Source: Candidatus Darwinibacter acetoxidans (GTDB lineage Bacteria > Bacillota > Limnochordia > Darwinibacteriales > Darwinibacteriaceae). From it: a stretch of DNA of 61,868 nt. Where the stretch lies: assembly GCA_041936745.1 (NCBI GenBank), contig JBHGWS010000135.1:1-61868 (forward strand), read 5' to 3'. Within the stretch, counting starts at the first letter, position 1. Each line of letters begins with the position of its first letter. The translations under genes and the position numbers were made by a program. Shown here one piece after another: positions 37,229 through 46,862 of the stretch. Under the pieces are notes generated by a model. The model was not told where the DNA came from. It ran no database searches and saw only the letters and a program-made list of their open reading frames with translations.

Positions 37229-38020
37229 ATGAGTAAATACTTTGGTTTTGCCCAAGAACTTCTGGACAAGGGCCTGGCAAGGCCCACGGGGGTTTACGAA
37301 CAAGTCGAACTTTATGATCTTTTAGTTCAAACAACGGACGATCGAGACTTTTATTTGTCTTTGGCAGAAAAGAAGGGCGGCAGTGTTTTAGATCTGGCCT
37401 GCGGTTCGGGCCGCCTTTTAAAACCCTTGGCCGAGCTGGGCTTGGAAGTAGTTGGCCTCGATTTGTCGCGGGCAATGCTGGATCTTGCCCGGCAGAACTT
37501 GGGGGAAAATAAAAATGTGCACTTAATCCAGGGCGATATGCGCTCCTTTTCTCTTGGCGTCAAATTTAATACCATTATCATCCCCTATTTTTCCTTAATC
37601 TACATGTTGACGGACGCGGAGCGAAAAAGTGTCTTTCAGCAGTGCTGGAAACACCTGCATGAAGGAGGCCTTTTAGCCTTTGACTTTTTAACGGGTGAAA
37701 TAGAGGAGGGAGAACATTGGCCCGCCCTTGCCCTGCAGGGGATTCACCCCATCAGCGGCGAAGTTTTAATCAGCGTGGTGCAGATCAAGGGCTTAGCCGG
37801 TAATTTAAGGCAGCTTAATCAAATAAATTACTGCCTGAAGCCGGCTGCGCAAACTTATGAAATTACGGTGCAGGCAAGCAAAGAGGCCTTAGTTTCCGCT
37901 GACCGGATGGAGAAGCTGGTAAGCGACTGCAATTTTTCCATAGAAGGGGTCTACGGCGGTTATTTAAGGGAAAAATATACCGGTGGCGAGGAATGTGTAA
38001 TTGTGGCCAGAAAATGCTGA
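37229..38020 (+). CDS. Class I SAM-dependent methyltransferase
   Basis: VLDLACGSGR, GLDLS..ML, GDMRSF motifs. Confidence 0.9.
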   Translation: MSKYFGFAQELLDKGLARPTGVYEQVELYDLLVQTTDDRDFYLSLAEKKGGSVLDLACGSGRLLKPLAELGLEVVGLDLSRAMLDLARQNLGENKNVHLIQGDMRSFSLGVKFNTIIIPYFSLIYMLTDAERKSVFQQCWKHLHEGGLLAFDFLTGEIEEGEHWPALALQGIHPISGEVLISVVQIKGLAGNLRQLNQINYCLKPAAQTYEITVQASKEALVSADRMEKLVSDCNFSIEGVYGGYLREKYTGGEECVIVARKC

Positions 38021-38040
38021 AAGCGGAGAGGAGCCTATGC

Positions 38041-38604
38041 ATGAAACTTGGTTTTTCAAGCTACAGTGTGCACAATAACAGGGAGGAATTGGCAAAACTT
38101 GCAATTCACAGAGTGCTGTCCGAGGAAAAGGAGGCTTGTTCCTGCCCCCTTTGTACCAACGATATGCTGGCCCTGGTTTTAAACTCTCTGAAAGCAGATT
38201 ACATCCCTACAAGTGAGGCGGAAGCCAAAAAGGAAACTCCGAGGTTAGAAACACTGCCCAGGGATCTTTTCAACAAACTGATGGTCGAAGCATACCGGGC
38301 TATGGCTGTGGTAAAAGAAAATCCTCGGCACGAAGGTGAGCGCTCGCCTTTAAGAAACGGCGTGGCGGAAATACTGCTGCTGGCTTTAGAAGAAATTCTG
38401 CCCAGGCACGATCCTGCCTGGCGGGAATTTGATAATTTGAGCCAAATTATGGCTCTGGCTTTAAACGAACTGCCGCCTCAGTATTCCACAACCTACAAAG
38501 GCCGCGTTTACTCCCGTTTAGCGGAAATAGATGCGGGTTATCTCGCCCGGGTTTATGCTGTGGTCTACAACGCGATTAATAAACTGAAAGAAAAGACAGG
38601 CTAG
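38041..38604 (+). CDS. ComFB-family protein with two tandem ComFB domains
   Basis: CSCPLCTNDMLALVLNSLKADY and QIMALALNELPPQY; ATG 38041 after GAGAGGAG. Confidence 0.75.
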   Translation: MKLGFSSYSVHNNREELAKLAIHRVLSEEKEACSCPLCTNDMLALVLNSLKADYIPTSEAEAKKETPRLETLPRDLFNKLMVEAYRAMAVVKENPRHEGERSPLRNGVAEILLLALEEILPRHDPAWREFDNLSQIMALALNELPPQYSTTYKGRVYSRLAEIDAGYLARVYAVVYNAINKLKEKTG

Positions 38605-38620
38605 CCCGAAAACTCGACAG

Positions 38621-38649
38621 GCGCTCTCATTTTTTGAGAGCGTTTTTTT
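38621..38649 (+). terminator. Intrinsic terminator
   Basis: GCGCTCTCA-ttttt-TGAGAGCGT followed by a T-run. Confidence 0.8.
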
Positions 38650-38716
38650 ATTTGGCTAAATAATCCTGTACTGCCTGGATATACTATTGGCAGAGTAAGG
38701 CAGGGGTGGTGGAGAT

Positions 38717-40240
38717 GTGTTTTTTTGGGGAAAGCGCCGGCGTAAGGAACAATCGGGCTGGCCAAAAGCAAAGCTTGGCGCTTCTTTACAGGCGAATGTG
38801 GCGTATTTCAAACAAACCCTATTAAAAGATGACGATCACATCATGTATCGGGAATTTAAAACGGCGGAGCCAGCCGCCAGAGACTGCGTTCTCATTTACG
38901 CCGATAATATGACGGACAGGACTTATTTTACGGATTTTGTCCTGCGCCCTTTAATGGCGGCCTCTTTAGGCAGGCTTAAGGGCCGGAAACTCATCGATCA
39001 CCTCATCCAAAATGTGCTGCCGGTTGACGATGCCGGTGCGCAAAACGAGATGGCAAAACTCGCTGACAGCATCATCGGGGGCAGCGTCGTTTTACTTGTG
39101 GAAGGCTGTGATCTGGCGGTAGTGGCGGAAGCCATGGGCTGGGAAAAAAGAGGCGTCACTGAGCCTTTTTCGGAAGCAGTGGTGCGGGGCCCCCGCGTTG
39201 GTTTTACCGAGGATTTGCACGTGGGCGTGGCCTTGCTGCGCAGAAGGGTTAACAGCCCCAATTTTAAGGTGAAAGTGATGAAGGTCGGCACCCAAACGCG
39301 GACGGAAGTTGCCGTTGTTTATCTTGACGGGATTGTTCGGCCCAATCTTGTGGAGCAAGTTATAAAAAGAATCGAAGACATTGAAATTGACGCTATTTTG
39401 GAATCGGGCTATATCGAAGAGCTGATCCGCGATTCTCCCAATTCTCCCTTTCCCACCATCGGCCGCACCGAGCGGCCTGATGTGGTTGCGGGCAAGATTT
39501 TGGAAGGGCGGGTGGCAGTTTTAGTTGACGGCACTCCTTTTGCTTTAACTATGCCCTATCTTTTCTTGGAATCTTTTCAGGCCAACGAAGATTATTATAA
39601 AAGTTGGCTGGGCGCTTCGTTCGTCCGCTTTTTGCGCTACCTGGGCTTTTTCTTAACTACCAGTATCCCCGCAATCTACTTGGCTTTAATAACCTATCAT
39701 CCCCATTTGATTCCCACGGAATTAGTTTTAAGTATTTCGGCCAGCCGCAAAGCCGTGCCTTTTCCCGCGGTTGTGGAAGTTTTGGCCATGGGCCTTGTTT
39801 TTGAAATCCTGAGAGAAGGGGGGCTGCGCCTGCCGCAGCCTATCGGCGAATCGGTGAGTATCGTCGGTGCAATCGTCCTCGGTGAAGCCGCGGTCACTGC
39901 CCGCTTGATCAGCGCTCCCATGATTATAATCGTTGCTTTAACGGGGATTGCGGGATTTCTAAACCCCAAGCTGCACGACCCCGCGGTTCAATTACGATTT
40001 ATTTTTGTTCTTTTAGCGTCTGTACTGGGAGTTTACGGCTACCTCTTCGGTTTGATCGGGGTAACGATCCATTTGGCTGCCGTGACTTCATTTGGCGTGC
40101 CTTATCTCAGCAGTTTAACATCTTTCAAGGCACAGGATCTGAAAGACACGATGTTTCGCGCGCCCTGGCGCGCCATGTTTTTAAGGCCCCGTTTTTTGGC
40201 CCCTAAGGATCGAAAAAGGCTGCGGAGGAAGGGAAGATGA
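38717..40240 (+). CDS. Spore germinant receptor A subunit (GerAA/KA family)
   Basis: RGPRVGFTE, TERPD, EGRVA.LVDG.P, E.LRE.GLRLP..IG motifs. Confidence 0.95.
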   Translation: MFFWGKRRRKEQSGWPKAKLGASLQANVAYFKQTLLKDDDHIMYREFKTAEPAARDCVLIYADNMTDRTYFTDFVLRPLMAASLGRLKGRKLIDHLIQNVLPVDDAGAQNEMAKLADSIIGGSVVLLVEGCDLAVVAEAMGWEKRGVTEPFSEAVVRGPRVGFTEDLHVGVALLRRRVNSPNFKVKVMKVGTQTRTEVAVVYLDGIVRPNLVEQVIKRIEDIEIDAILESGYIEELIRDSPNSPFPTIGRTERPDVVAGKILEGRVAVLVDGTPFALTMPYLFLESFQANEDYYKSWLGASFVRFLRYLGFFLTTSIPAIYLALITYHPHLIPTELVLSISASRKAVPFPAVVEVLAMGLVFEILREGGLRLPQPIGESVSIVGAIVLGEAAVTARLISAPMIIIVALTGIAGFLNPKLHDPAVQLRFIFVLLASVLGVYGYLFGLIGVTIHLAAVTSFGVPYLSSLTSFKAQDLKDTMFRAPWRAMFLRPRFLAPKDRKRLRRKGR

Positions 40241-41382
40241 AGCGGAGATCGAAGATTATAATTCTCACTGTGTTGGCCTTGTTGTCTGCAGGCTGCTGGG
40301 ATTACCTCGAATTGGAATTCGTTGATTTTGTCTTTGGTTTCGGCGTTGATGAAATAGAGCCGAAGTTTGCTGTCGTCGCAGAAGTTATTAAAGTAGGGGA
40401 TGAACCCGAGACCCAATTCCAATCGGTGGTACTCACAAATAAAGGGGATAGCTTCTTTGCTGCCGCGCGGCCCCTTTCTAAAATGGCCGGCATGAGACTT
40501 TTTTGGGCTCATTCCCAGGTTTTTATTATCTCTGAGGAAGTAGCTAAACAGGGTGTTTTGCCCGCCATTGAGTCAGCACTGCGTGATCCCAGTGTGCGCA
40601 CGTCTGTTTTGATGTATGTGGCCAGGGGCTGCACCGCGGAGGAGATTTTCAAAAGCAAAGTCCCGTTTACCGACTCTGTGACGGGCCACTTGGTGAATAT
40701 CGCCGATTTTCACCACCGTGTACCGACTTGTTTTAATCAAGAGCTTTGGGAATTCCGCCAATGCCTGCAGATGAGCGGTATTTCCGCTGTTATGCCCACA
40801 ATTCAACTCGTGCAGGAAGGGACGGAAGAAATCCCGCAGCTGGAAGGCACAGCCCTTTTTAAAAATGACCGGTTCGTCGGCTGGATTAACGGCCAAGAGA
40901 CTCGTTTTTTTTCAATGATGCGGGGTTTGATTGATCGAGGCCCTTTAGTGGTAGATGTTGCTTTCAACGGGGAAAAAGGGAAAATAACAGTGGAGATCCG
41001 CGGCAATCAAGTGAAGATTAAGCCCGTGGTAAACGAACAGGCTGTCCACATGAAAGTTGATGTCCAGCTGCAGGTAAGCCTGTTGGAAATGGGTGCTCTG
41101 CATCTTAGATATGAACGGCCGGAAATAAAAGCGGAATTGGAAAGGCAGATCAGTTTCGCAGTGACAAATTCAATACGAAATCTAATCACGAAAGTGCAAA
41201 AGGAAACAGGCAGTGACGTTTTTGGTTTTGGCAGGATCTTAAAAAGAGCAAAACCTAAGGTTTGGCAGGCACTGGAGAGCGATTGGGATCGAATTTTTCC
41301 CAATTTAGATGTGGCGATTGGAGTTAAAACAAGAATTTCGGCCGCAGGTGTGCTTTCAACACCTGTACAAATGAGGGAGTAG
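40237..41382 (+). CDS. Germinant receptor C subunit, Ger(x)C lipoprotein
   Basis: AGCWDY.EL lipoprotein N-terminus; D.FGFG near the C-terminus. Confidence 0.92.
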   Translation: MKRRSKIIILTVLALLSAGCWDYLELEFVDFVFGFGVDEIEPKFAVVAEVIKVGDEPETQFQSVVLTNKGDSFFAAARPLSKMAGMRLFWAHSQVFIISEEVAKQGVLPAIESALRDPSVRTSVLMYVARGCTAEEIFKSKVPFTDSVTGHLVNIADFHHRVPTCFNQELWEFRQCLQMSGISAVMPTIQLVQEGTEEIPQLEGTALFKNDRFVGWINGQETRFFSMMRGLIDRGPLVVDVAFNGEKGKITVEIRGNQVKIKPVVNEQAVHMKVDVQLQVSLLEMGALHLRYERPEIKAELERQISFAVTNSIRNLITKVQKETGSDVFGFGRILKRAKPKVWQALESDWDRIFPNLDVAIGVKTRISAAGVLSTPVQMRE

Positions 41383-41383
41383 A

Positions 41384-41608
41384 TTGGCAGTCTTAGTCTT
41401 GTTCGGGTTTGTGGTGGTGGGGATCGTGGAAATGAGGCTTTGGCCAAAACGGCCCTTAAAAAAGGTCCTTGTCTATTGGATTTTTCTTGCGGCAGCAGCT
41501 TTGTTATCCGCCTTAATGGTCGTCAATATTGATCTGCCGGTGCCGTCTCCACTGGACTTTTTAAATCGGCTTGCGAAAGAAATCTGGCAGGGGTGGTTAG
41601 TTGATTAA
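41384..41608 (+). CDS. Small two-TM protein in the ger operon (putative receptor D-like subunit)
   Basis: 74 aa, two hydrophobic helices, VPSP motif; 1 bp after gerC and overlapping gerB; TTG start after GAGGGAG. Confidence 0.65.
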   Translation: MAVLVLFGFVVVGIVEMRLWPKRPLKKVLVYWIFLAAAALLSALMVVNIDLPVPSPLDFLNRLAKEIWQGWLVD

Positions 41609-42695
41609 AGAAATGGTTCCCACGAGGCAGGGCGCGGCTTTAGTAACTTTATTCGTCTTAGGCAACACATCTATTTTTGGTTTGGGGGCCCGGGCAGGCA
41701 CCGATCTTTGGCTCGCCTTTTTGACCGCGATTGTGCTTTCCCTGCCTTTTATCTTGCTCTATTCCCGCCTCCGCACCCTTTTGCCCGGTGCGGATCTTTG
41801 GGAAGGCCTAGAACAGCTTCTGGGATTGTGGCCAAGCCGCCTTGTCGCTCTGTTTTATGCTTTTTATGCCTGGCGGCTGGCCTGTTTTGTGGGCCAAGAT
41901 GTGGCAAGTTTTCTGACGGGCATACCTTTGGAAAACACTCCTAACGTTGTTTTGCTGCTGTTCGCCGCCGTACTGAGCTTGTGGGCGGTTAAAGCGGGGT
42001 TGGAGGTTTTAGCCAGGTGGAGCGGTATCTTTTTTAAAATCGTCCTGTTTATAATTTCTATAACCTTTTTTTTGGTTTTAACCCAGGTCGATTTAGAAAA
42101 TCTGCGGCCCGTCCTTTATCACGGTTTCGAGCCGGTAATTTTAGGAGCACTGGAACTGGTGGATTTCCCCTTCTTGGAAACGGTTCTTTTGTTTTGGGTT
42201 TTTGATACCTTCGGCGAAAAAGGTTCAGTTTACAAAATTATGGTGCCGGGCTTTTTGCTTGCCGCTTTTATCTTAATGATTACGAGTACAACAGCCCTGA
42301 CAGTGGAAGGCGTGGACAAATATGTCGGTTCCTTTTTTCCCGGTTACGTTGCGGTCTCGCGCATTGATATCGCCCGTTTTTTGACCAGGTTGGAAATTTT
42401 AGCCGGGGTGTACTTCGTCATCGGCGGGTTTTTAAAGCTGAGCATCTGCCTTTTGACGGCCAGCAAAGGTTTTGCCAGGGGCTTGGGCTTTCGGGACTAC
42501 CGTTTTTTAGTAACCCCCTTGGCTTTGGGCTTAATTGCGGGTTCCCAGTGGTTTGCCAAATCTCTTCTGGAAACCCACGTGGCGGCAATTAAGATTTGGC
42601 ACCCTTACGATGCTTCCATCCAAATGGTAATCCCTTTTCTTCTTTGGCTGCTGGCCGAGATTAAATTCAGGCCCAAGGCAAGTGGGCATCAATAG
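41601..42695 (+). CDS. Germinant receptor B subunit (GerAB/KB, APC fold)
   Basis: About 10 TM segments; GTDLWL, ENTP, ARW, RLE motifs; position in the ger operon. Confidence 0.9.
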   Translation: MIKEMVPTRQGAALVTLFVLGNTSIFGLGARAGTDLWLAFLTAIVLSLPFILLYSRLRTLLPGADLWEGLEQLLGLWPSRLVALFYAFYAWRLACFVGQDVASFLTGIPLENTPNVVLLLFAAVLSLWAVKAGLEVLARWSGIFFKIVLFIISITFFLVLTQVDLENLRPVLYHGFEPVILGALELVDFPFLETVLLFWVFDTFGEKGSVYKIMVPGFLLAAFILMITSTTALTVEGVDKYVGSFFPGYVAVSRIDIARFLTRLEILAGVYFVIGGFLKLSICLLTASKGFARGLGFRDYRFLVTPLALGLIAGSQWFAKSLLETHVAAIKIWHPYDASIQMVIPFLLWLLAEIKFRPKASGHQ

Positions 42696-43743
42696 CTTGG
42701 CAGATCGCCTGATAAAATTTAGGCCGCAGCGCAATTATTGCCTGGTTTTGGCGGCTGGGGTGAACCCTGTTAGTTAATAAAATGCCGTAAAAGCGGCGCC
42801 TAAAATCAAGCCAGATGGAAGTACCCGTAAAGCCTGTATGGCCCACTGAACGCGGTGAGATGAGTTCACCGGCGGAACAAGCCTTAGGGCTTGGCAGCAG
42901 CCAGCCTAAGGTTCTCGGTTGGTTTTTAGCGGGGCTGTAGTTATTAAAAAGCAGATTGATTGTGCTTTCTTGCAAGATTTTTTTGTCCTTAAATGAGCCT
43001 TTCTGCAGCAGCATTTCACAAAACCGCCCCAAATCTAAAGCAGTACCAAAAAGCCCCGCATTGCCGCTGATACCTCCCAGGGCGCGGGCGTTTTCATCGT
43101 GAACCGTGCCCTGGAGGAATTCTTTTTCCGCCCAGTCCCACTCCGTGTAAGCTATATTGGCCCGGGCTTCCTGCGGCGGGTTGTAGCAGGTATCTTTTAA
43201 AGCAAGGGGCTCGGCGACAAATTTTTCAAAAAGCGCCGCCAAAGAGGATGATGCCAGCTGCTCCATGATTAAGCCCAGGATAATAAAGCCGACGCAGGAG
43301 TATTCAACCGCCGTGCCCGTTTTATAGCTGAGGGGGATTTCAAAAAGGGCGGCCCAAGCCGTTTCTTTTTCCTTAAAACGCGGGTCTTTGTATAAAGGGA
43401 AAACAGCGGGCAGACCAGAAGTATGAGTAAGAAGCTGCCTGATTGTAATTTCCCCTTTATCATTGGGTACGCCGGCCGTTAGGGTGCCAATTTTGTCATC
43501 TAAACTAAAGATGCCCTCTTCCCAGAGCTTGAGGGCAATGGTAGTTGTGGCAACCACCTTGGTCAGTGATGCCAAATCAAAAACGGTATTCGTGCGGGCG
43601 GGTTTTGGGTTGGGGAAAAAGCTGAGGCTGCCGAAAGCGTGCGGGCCGTATAATTTGCCCTGAAAGCCAACGAGCGCCACCGCCGCGGAGGTATTTTTTG
43701 CTGAAACAAAATGTTCTACTGTTTGAAACGCTTTTGTAAACAT
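42667..43743 (-). CDS. Serine hydrolase, beta-lactamase/esterase family
   Basis: FDLASLTK (SxxK), LLTHTSGL, YSC, HTGFTG; ATG 43743 best fits the RBS. Confidence 0.88.
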   Translation of the reverse strand: MFTKAFQTVEHFVSAKNTSAAVALVGFQGKLYGPHAFGSLSFFPNPKPARTNTVFDLASLTKVVATTTIALKLWEEGIFSLDDKIGTLTAGVPNDKGEITIRQLLTHTSGLPAVFPLYKDPRFKEKETAWAALFEIPLSYKTGTAVEYSCVGFIILGLIMEQLASSSLAALFEKFVAEPLALKDTCYNPPQEARANIAYTEWDWAEKEFLQGTVHDENARALGGISGNAGLFGTALDLGRFCEMLLQKGSFKDKKILQESTINLLFNNYSPAKNQPRTLGWLLPSPKACSAGELISPRSVGHTGFTGTSIWLDFRRRFYGILLTNRVHPSRQNQAIIALRPKFYQAICQAIDAHLPWA

Positions 43744-43849
43744 AAAGGTCACACCTTCCCACAGGTATTTGATCTTATTCCGTTAATAAGCCTGTTTTCC
43801 TTGTAGGTAAATTTTCCGGGTTGGCAGGTAACAGAAAGGAAGAAAAACA

Positions 43850-45568
43850 ATGACGGAAGCTAAACAGCGCCTGCAGGCATGGCTTGCTGATCCGCTGATC
43901 GATGAAGCCACAAAAGAGGAACTTCGTAATTTAAAGGACGGCCCGGACCTGGAAGATCGGTTTTTCCGCTGGCTGGAATTCGGCACCGGCGGTTTAAGGG
44001 GTAAAATGGGGGCAGGCTCCAACCGCATGAACATCTACACAGTGCGGCTTGTAACCCAGGCTTTGGCGGATACCATTAAGCTGAAAGGCTCGGCCAAAAA
44101 AGGGGTAGCCATTGCTTACGATTCCCGCCACCGCTCTTTTGAGTTTGCCAAAGCCAGCGCCGCTGTTTTAGTGGCTAACGAGATCCCCGTTTATGTCTTT
44201 CGGGAATTAGCCCCAACACCCCTACTTTCCTTTGCTGTCAGGTACTTTAAAGCGGCGGGGGGCATTGTAATAACAGCAAGCCACAATCCCTCCGAGTATA
44301 ACGGGTACAAAGCTTATAACGAACACGGCAACCAGCTTCTGCCAAAGGATGCTTTAACGGTCAGCTCACGGCAGGCTGAGCTCAGCTTTAAAGATGTAAG
44401 GGTTTCGGATCAGCCGAAAAAAAGCCCCCTTTGGCATTGGGTGGGAGAAGAGGTTATCCAAGCTTACCTGGCAAGCCTGCTTGAGATTGCGCCAAACAGG
44501 GGCCCGGTGGAAACCTTAGGCGTTCTTTATACCCCGCTGCACGGCACAGGTGCCCGATTTGTGCCGGAGATCTTAAAGAAAGCGGGCTTTAAAAACGTGG
44601 GCACAGTTTTGGAACAGATGGCGCCTGACGGGGATTTTCCCACAGTAAAGATGCCTAACCCGGAAGATGAAGCCGCTTTTCGGCTTGCCTTTGCCCGGGC
44701 AAAAAAAGAGCATTTTGATCTAATCATCGCCACGGACCCCGATGCGGACCGCATGGGGATTGCCGTCAATCATCAAAAGCGCTGGGTGTTTTTAAACGGC
44801 CACCAGATTGGGCTTTTGCTTTTAGATTTCATCTTACAGCATCAATCGGCGGAAGAGTTGGAAAAAGCAGTCGCCATAAAAACCATAGTTACTTCCGAAA
44901 TGGTTATGCCCATTGCGGAAAAATATGGGATTGAAGTTGAAAACACCTTAACCGGGTTTAAATACATCGGGGCTTTAATAGACCGCTTGGCGGCTGAGGG
45001 CAGGCGTTTCATTTTTGGTTTCGAAGAAAGCTACGGTTATCTGGCAGGCTCTGCCATTCGAGATAAAGATGCTGTTTTAGCGGCGCTTTTAACAGCCCAG
45101 GCGGCGGCGTTTTACAAAAATAAAGGGCACACGCTTGTCGCTCGTTGGGAAAACCTAATGCAGGAGCACGGCTATTACAAGCAGGGCTTAGCCTATTATT
45201 CTTTTGCCACCAGTCAAGAGGCGGAGCGCTCGCAAAGGCTCTTAAGCCGGCTGCGCCAGGCCCCCTTAGAGGAAATTGGCGGTGAAAGAGTTGTCAAGGT
45301 CTTGGATTACAGTAAAAATGAGTGCTATAATTTATTGACAAAAGAAAGAACGGCCATTGGGCTGCCCCGGGAAAACGTCCTCCAGTGGCTGACAGAGGAG
45401 AAAAGCAAAATAACACTGCGCCCTTCCGGCACGGAACCGAAGATGAAGCTTTATGTGGAAGCGGTGGCCTGTGACAGCGATAAAGCGGAACGCCGTTTAC
45501 AGCGGCTGAAAAAAGCGTTTAACCGGCTGGTTGAAGCAGGCTTGGCGGAAAAAACGGCCTCTCTTTAA
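43850..45568 (+). CDS. pgm: Phosphoglucomutase/phosphomannomutase
   Basis: FGTGGLRG, TASHNP (catalytic Ser), DPDADR, FEESYG, RPSGTEPK motifs. Confidence 0.95.
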   Translation: MTEAKQRLQAWLADPLIDEATKEELRNLKDGPDLEDRFFRWLEFGTGGLRGKMGAGSNRMNIYTVRLVTQALADTIKLKGSAKKGVAIAYDSRHRSFEFAKASAAVLVANEIPVYVFRELAPTPLLSFAVRYFKAAGGIVITASHNPSEYNGYKAYNEHGNQLLPKDALTVSSRQAELSFKDVRVSDQPKKSPLWHWVGEEVIQAYLASLLEIAPNRGPVETLGVLYTPLHGTGARFVPEILKKAGFKNVGTVLEQMAPDGDFPTVKMPNPEDEAAFRLAFARAKKEHFDLIIATDPDADRMGIAVNHQKRWVFLNGHQIGLLLLDFILQHQSAEELEKAVAIKTIVTSEMVMPIAEKYGIEVENTLTGFKYIGALIDRLAAEGRRFIFGFEESYGYLAGSAIRDKDAVLAALLTAQAAAFYKNKGHTLVARWENLMQEHGYYKQGLAYYSFATSQEAERSQRLLSRLRQAPLEEIGGERVVKVLDYSKNECYNLLTKERTAIGLPRENVLQWLTEEKSKITLRPSGTEPKMKLYVEAVACDSDKAERRLQRLKKAFNRLVEAGLAEKTASL

Positions 45569-46764
45569 GATGAGGCCGCCGCGGCATTGCCCGCAATTTC
45601 CCCTAAGTGATCTAAAGCTAATTGAGTCAGTTCCCCATCTAGATGCCCCAGCCGGACATTTTCCAATAAGATTTCCGTAATTTTCTCCTGCGAGAAGCTG
45701 GGCCTGTAAGGGCGTGCTTCCAAAAGAGACTGCGTAATATCGGCAACGGCAATTAACCTTGCCTCCGGCTCCAATTCGGGGCCACCAAGGGCGAAAGGAT
45801 AACCGGTGCCGTTTAACCTTTCGTGGTGGTAAGCTGCCCAACGCTGTAGGGGGGCCGCGCCCGGGCCGATGGCACCGATTAAGTAATAGGTGTGGTAGGT
45901 GTGCTGCTTCATAATGTCCCTCTGCCGTTTGTCAAGCCGGCCCGGATGCATTAAAACTTCATCGGGCACTGCTAGTTTACCCACATCGTGCAAAAGAGCG
46001 GCGATTTTTATCAACCTCACCTTTTCCGGCCCCATCCCCAACTTCGCCGCCAAAAAAGCGGCCACCCTAGCCACCCCCAAAGAATGATCCCCTGTGAAAG
46101 GGGATTTGCTGTCGACAATGACTGCCATCAGGTGGGCTATTTCTTCCAGTTCATCTAAATTTAAAAGATGGTAGGCAGACAACTCCGCCTGAAAAACGGC
46201 GCGGTAGTTGCCGTGCTGCAGATCGAGCCAAAAGCCCGCTATCTCCCCTAACTCAGCTAACGCCTCGCAGGCCGCGGGGTGGAAGATCTTTTTCTTTCTG
46301 GCCTGAAAATAGGCCAGGATATCGTCAATCTGCCAGAGGTAGTATTTGTCGCGTTTCAGGATGTGATCGAGCCTGTCCGCCAAATGGATAATGGCAGGCA
46401 TTAAACTCATGTTAGGCGTGTAATAATCGTGGTGTTCCAAAACCGTCCGGGCATAACGGCCAAACAGCTTAGTAGGCTTTAAAAGCTCATAACCCCGCTC
46501 ACAGTGGATGGCGGTTAAACCGGGCTCCGGTTCTAAATCAGCCAATTTAAGTTTTTCATCAGTGGTCATAATGCCAAAATCGTGCAACAGGGCGCTTAAA
46601 ACCAAGTCGTAAAGCTGCTCCTTGGAAAACTGCATTTTCCTGCCGATGCGCCAAGAGGTATAGGCTACCCTTTCCGCATGATAGAGGAATTCCAGGTTGT
46701 TTAGATCTCCCGCCCGGGAGAAGCCGCTGATGGTGGAAATTAAATCCGCTTCAATTTTATGCAT
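45565..46764 (-). CDS. Tandem HD / HD-GYP phosphohydrolase
   Basis: N-terminal LLHDFG...HH...D; C-terminal LLHDVGK...HHERLNGTGYP...D...RPYR. Confidence 0.9.
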   Translation of the reverse strand: MHKIEADLISTISGFSRAGDLNNLEFLYHAERVAYTSWRIGRKMQFSKEQLYDLVLSALLHDFGIMTTDEKLKLADLEPEPGLTAIHCERGYELLKPTKLFGRYARTVLEHHDYYTPNMSLMPAIIHLADRLDHILKRDKYYLWQIDDILAYFQARKKKIFHPAACEALAELGEIAGFWLDLQHGNYRAVFQAELSAYHLLNLDELEEIAHLMAVIVDSKSPFTGDHSLGVARVAAFLAAKLGMGPEKVRLIKIAALLHDVGKLAVPDEVLMHPGRLDKRQRDIMKQHTYHTYYLIGAIGPGAAPLQRWAAYHHERLNGTGYPFALGGPELEPEARLIAVADITQSLLEARPYRPSFSQEKITEILLENVRLGHLDGELTQLALDHLGEIAGNAAAASS

Positions 46765-46862
46765 AAAATCACCTGCGCCTCTTATATGTAATAGATAGCA
46801 TGAAGGAGTTTGGGCCTCTAACTAGAATGCTAACACGTAAACAAGCTGGGAGTGGTTGACCG

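Noticed and set aside
38655-38690. sigmaF/sigmaG promoter for the ger operon (GGATATACTA)
   Set aside because: A -10-like element is present but there is no convincing G(C/T)ATA -35 at the right spacing; too weak to report as a feature.
42667-43743. Beta-lactam resistance gene
   Set aside because: The SxxK/YxC/HTG pattern fits the broad serine hydrolase (esterase or cell-wall amidase) group; there is no signal peptide and no class A, C or D hallmark.
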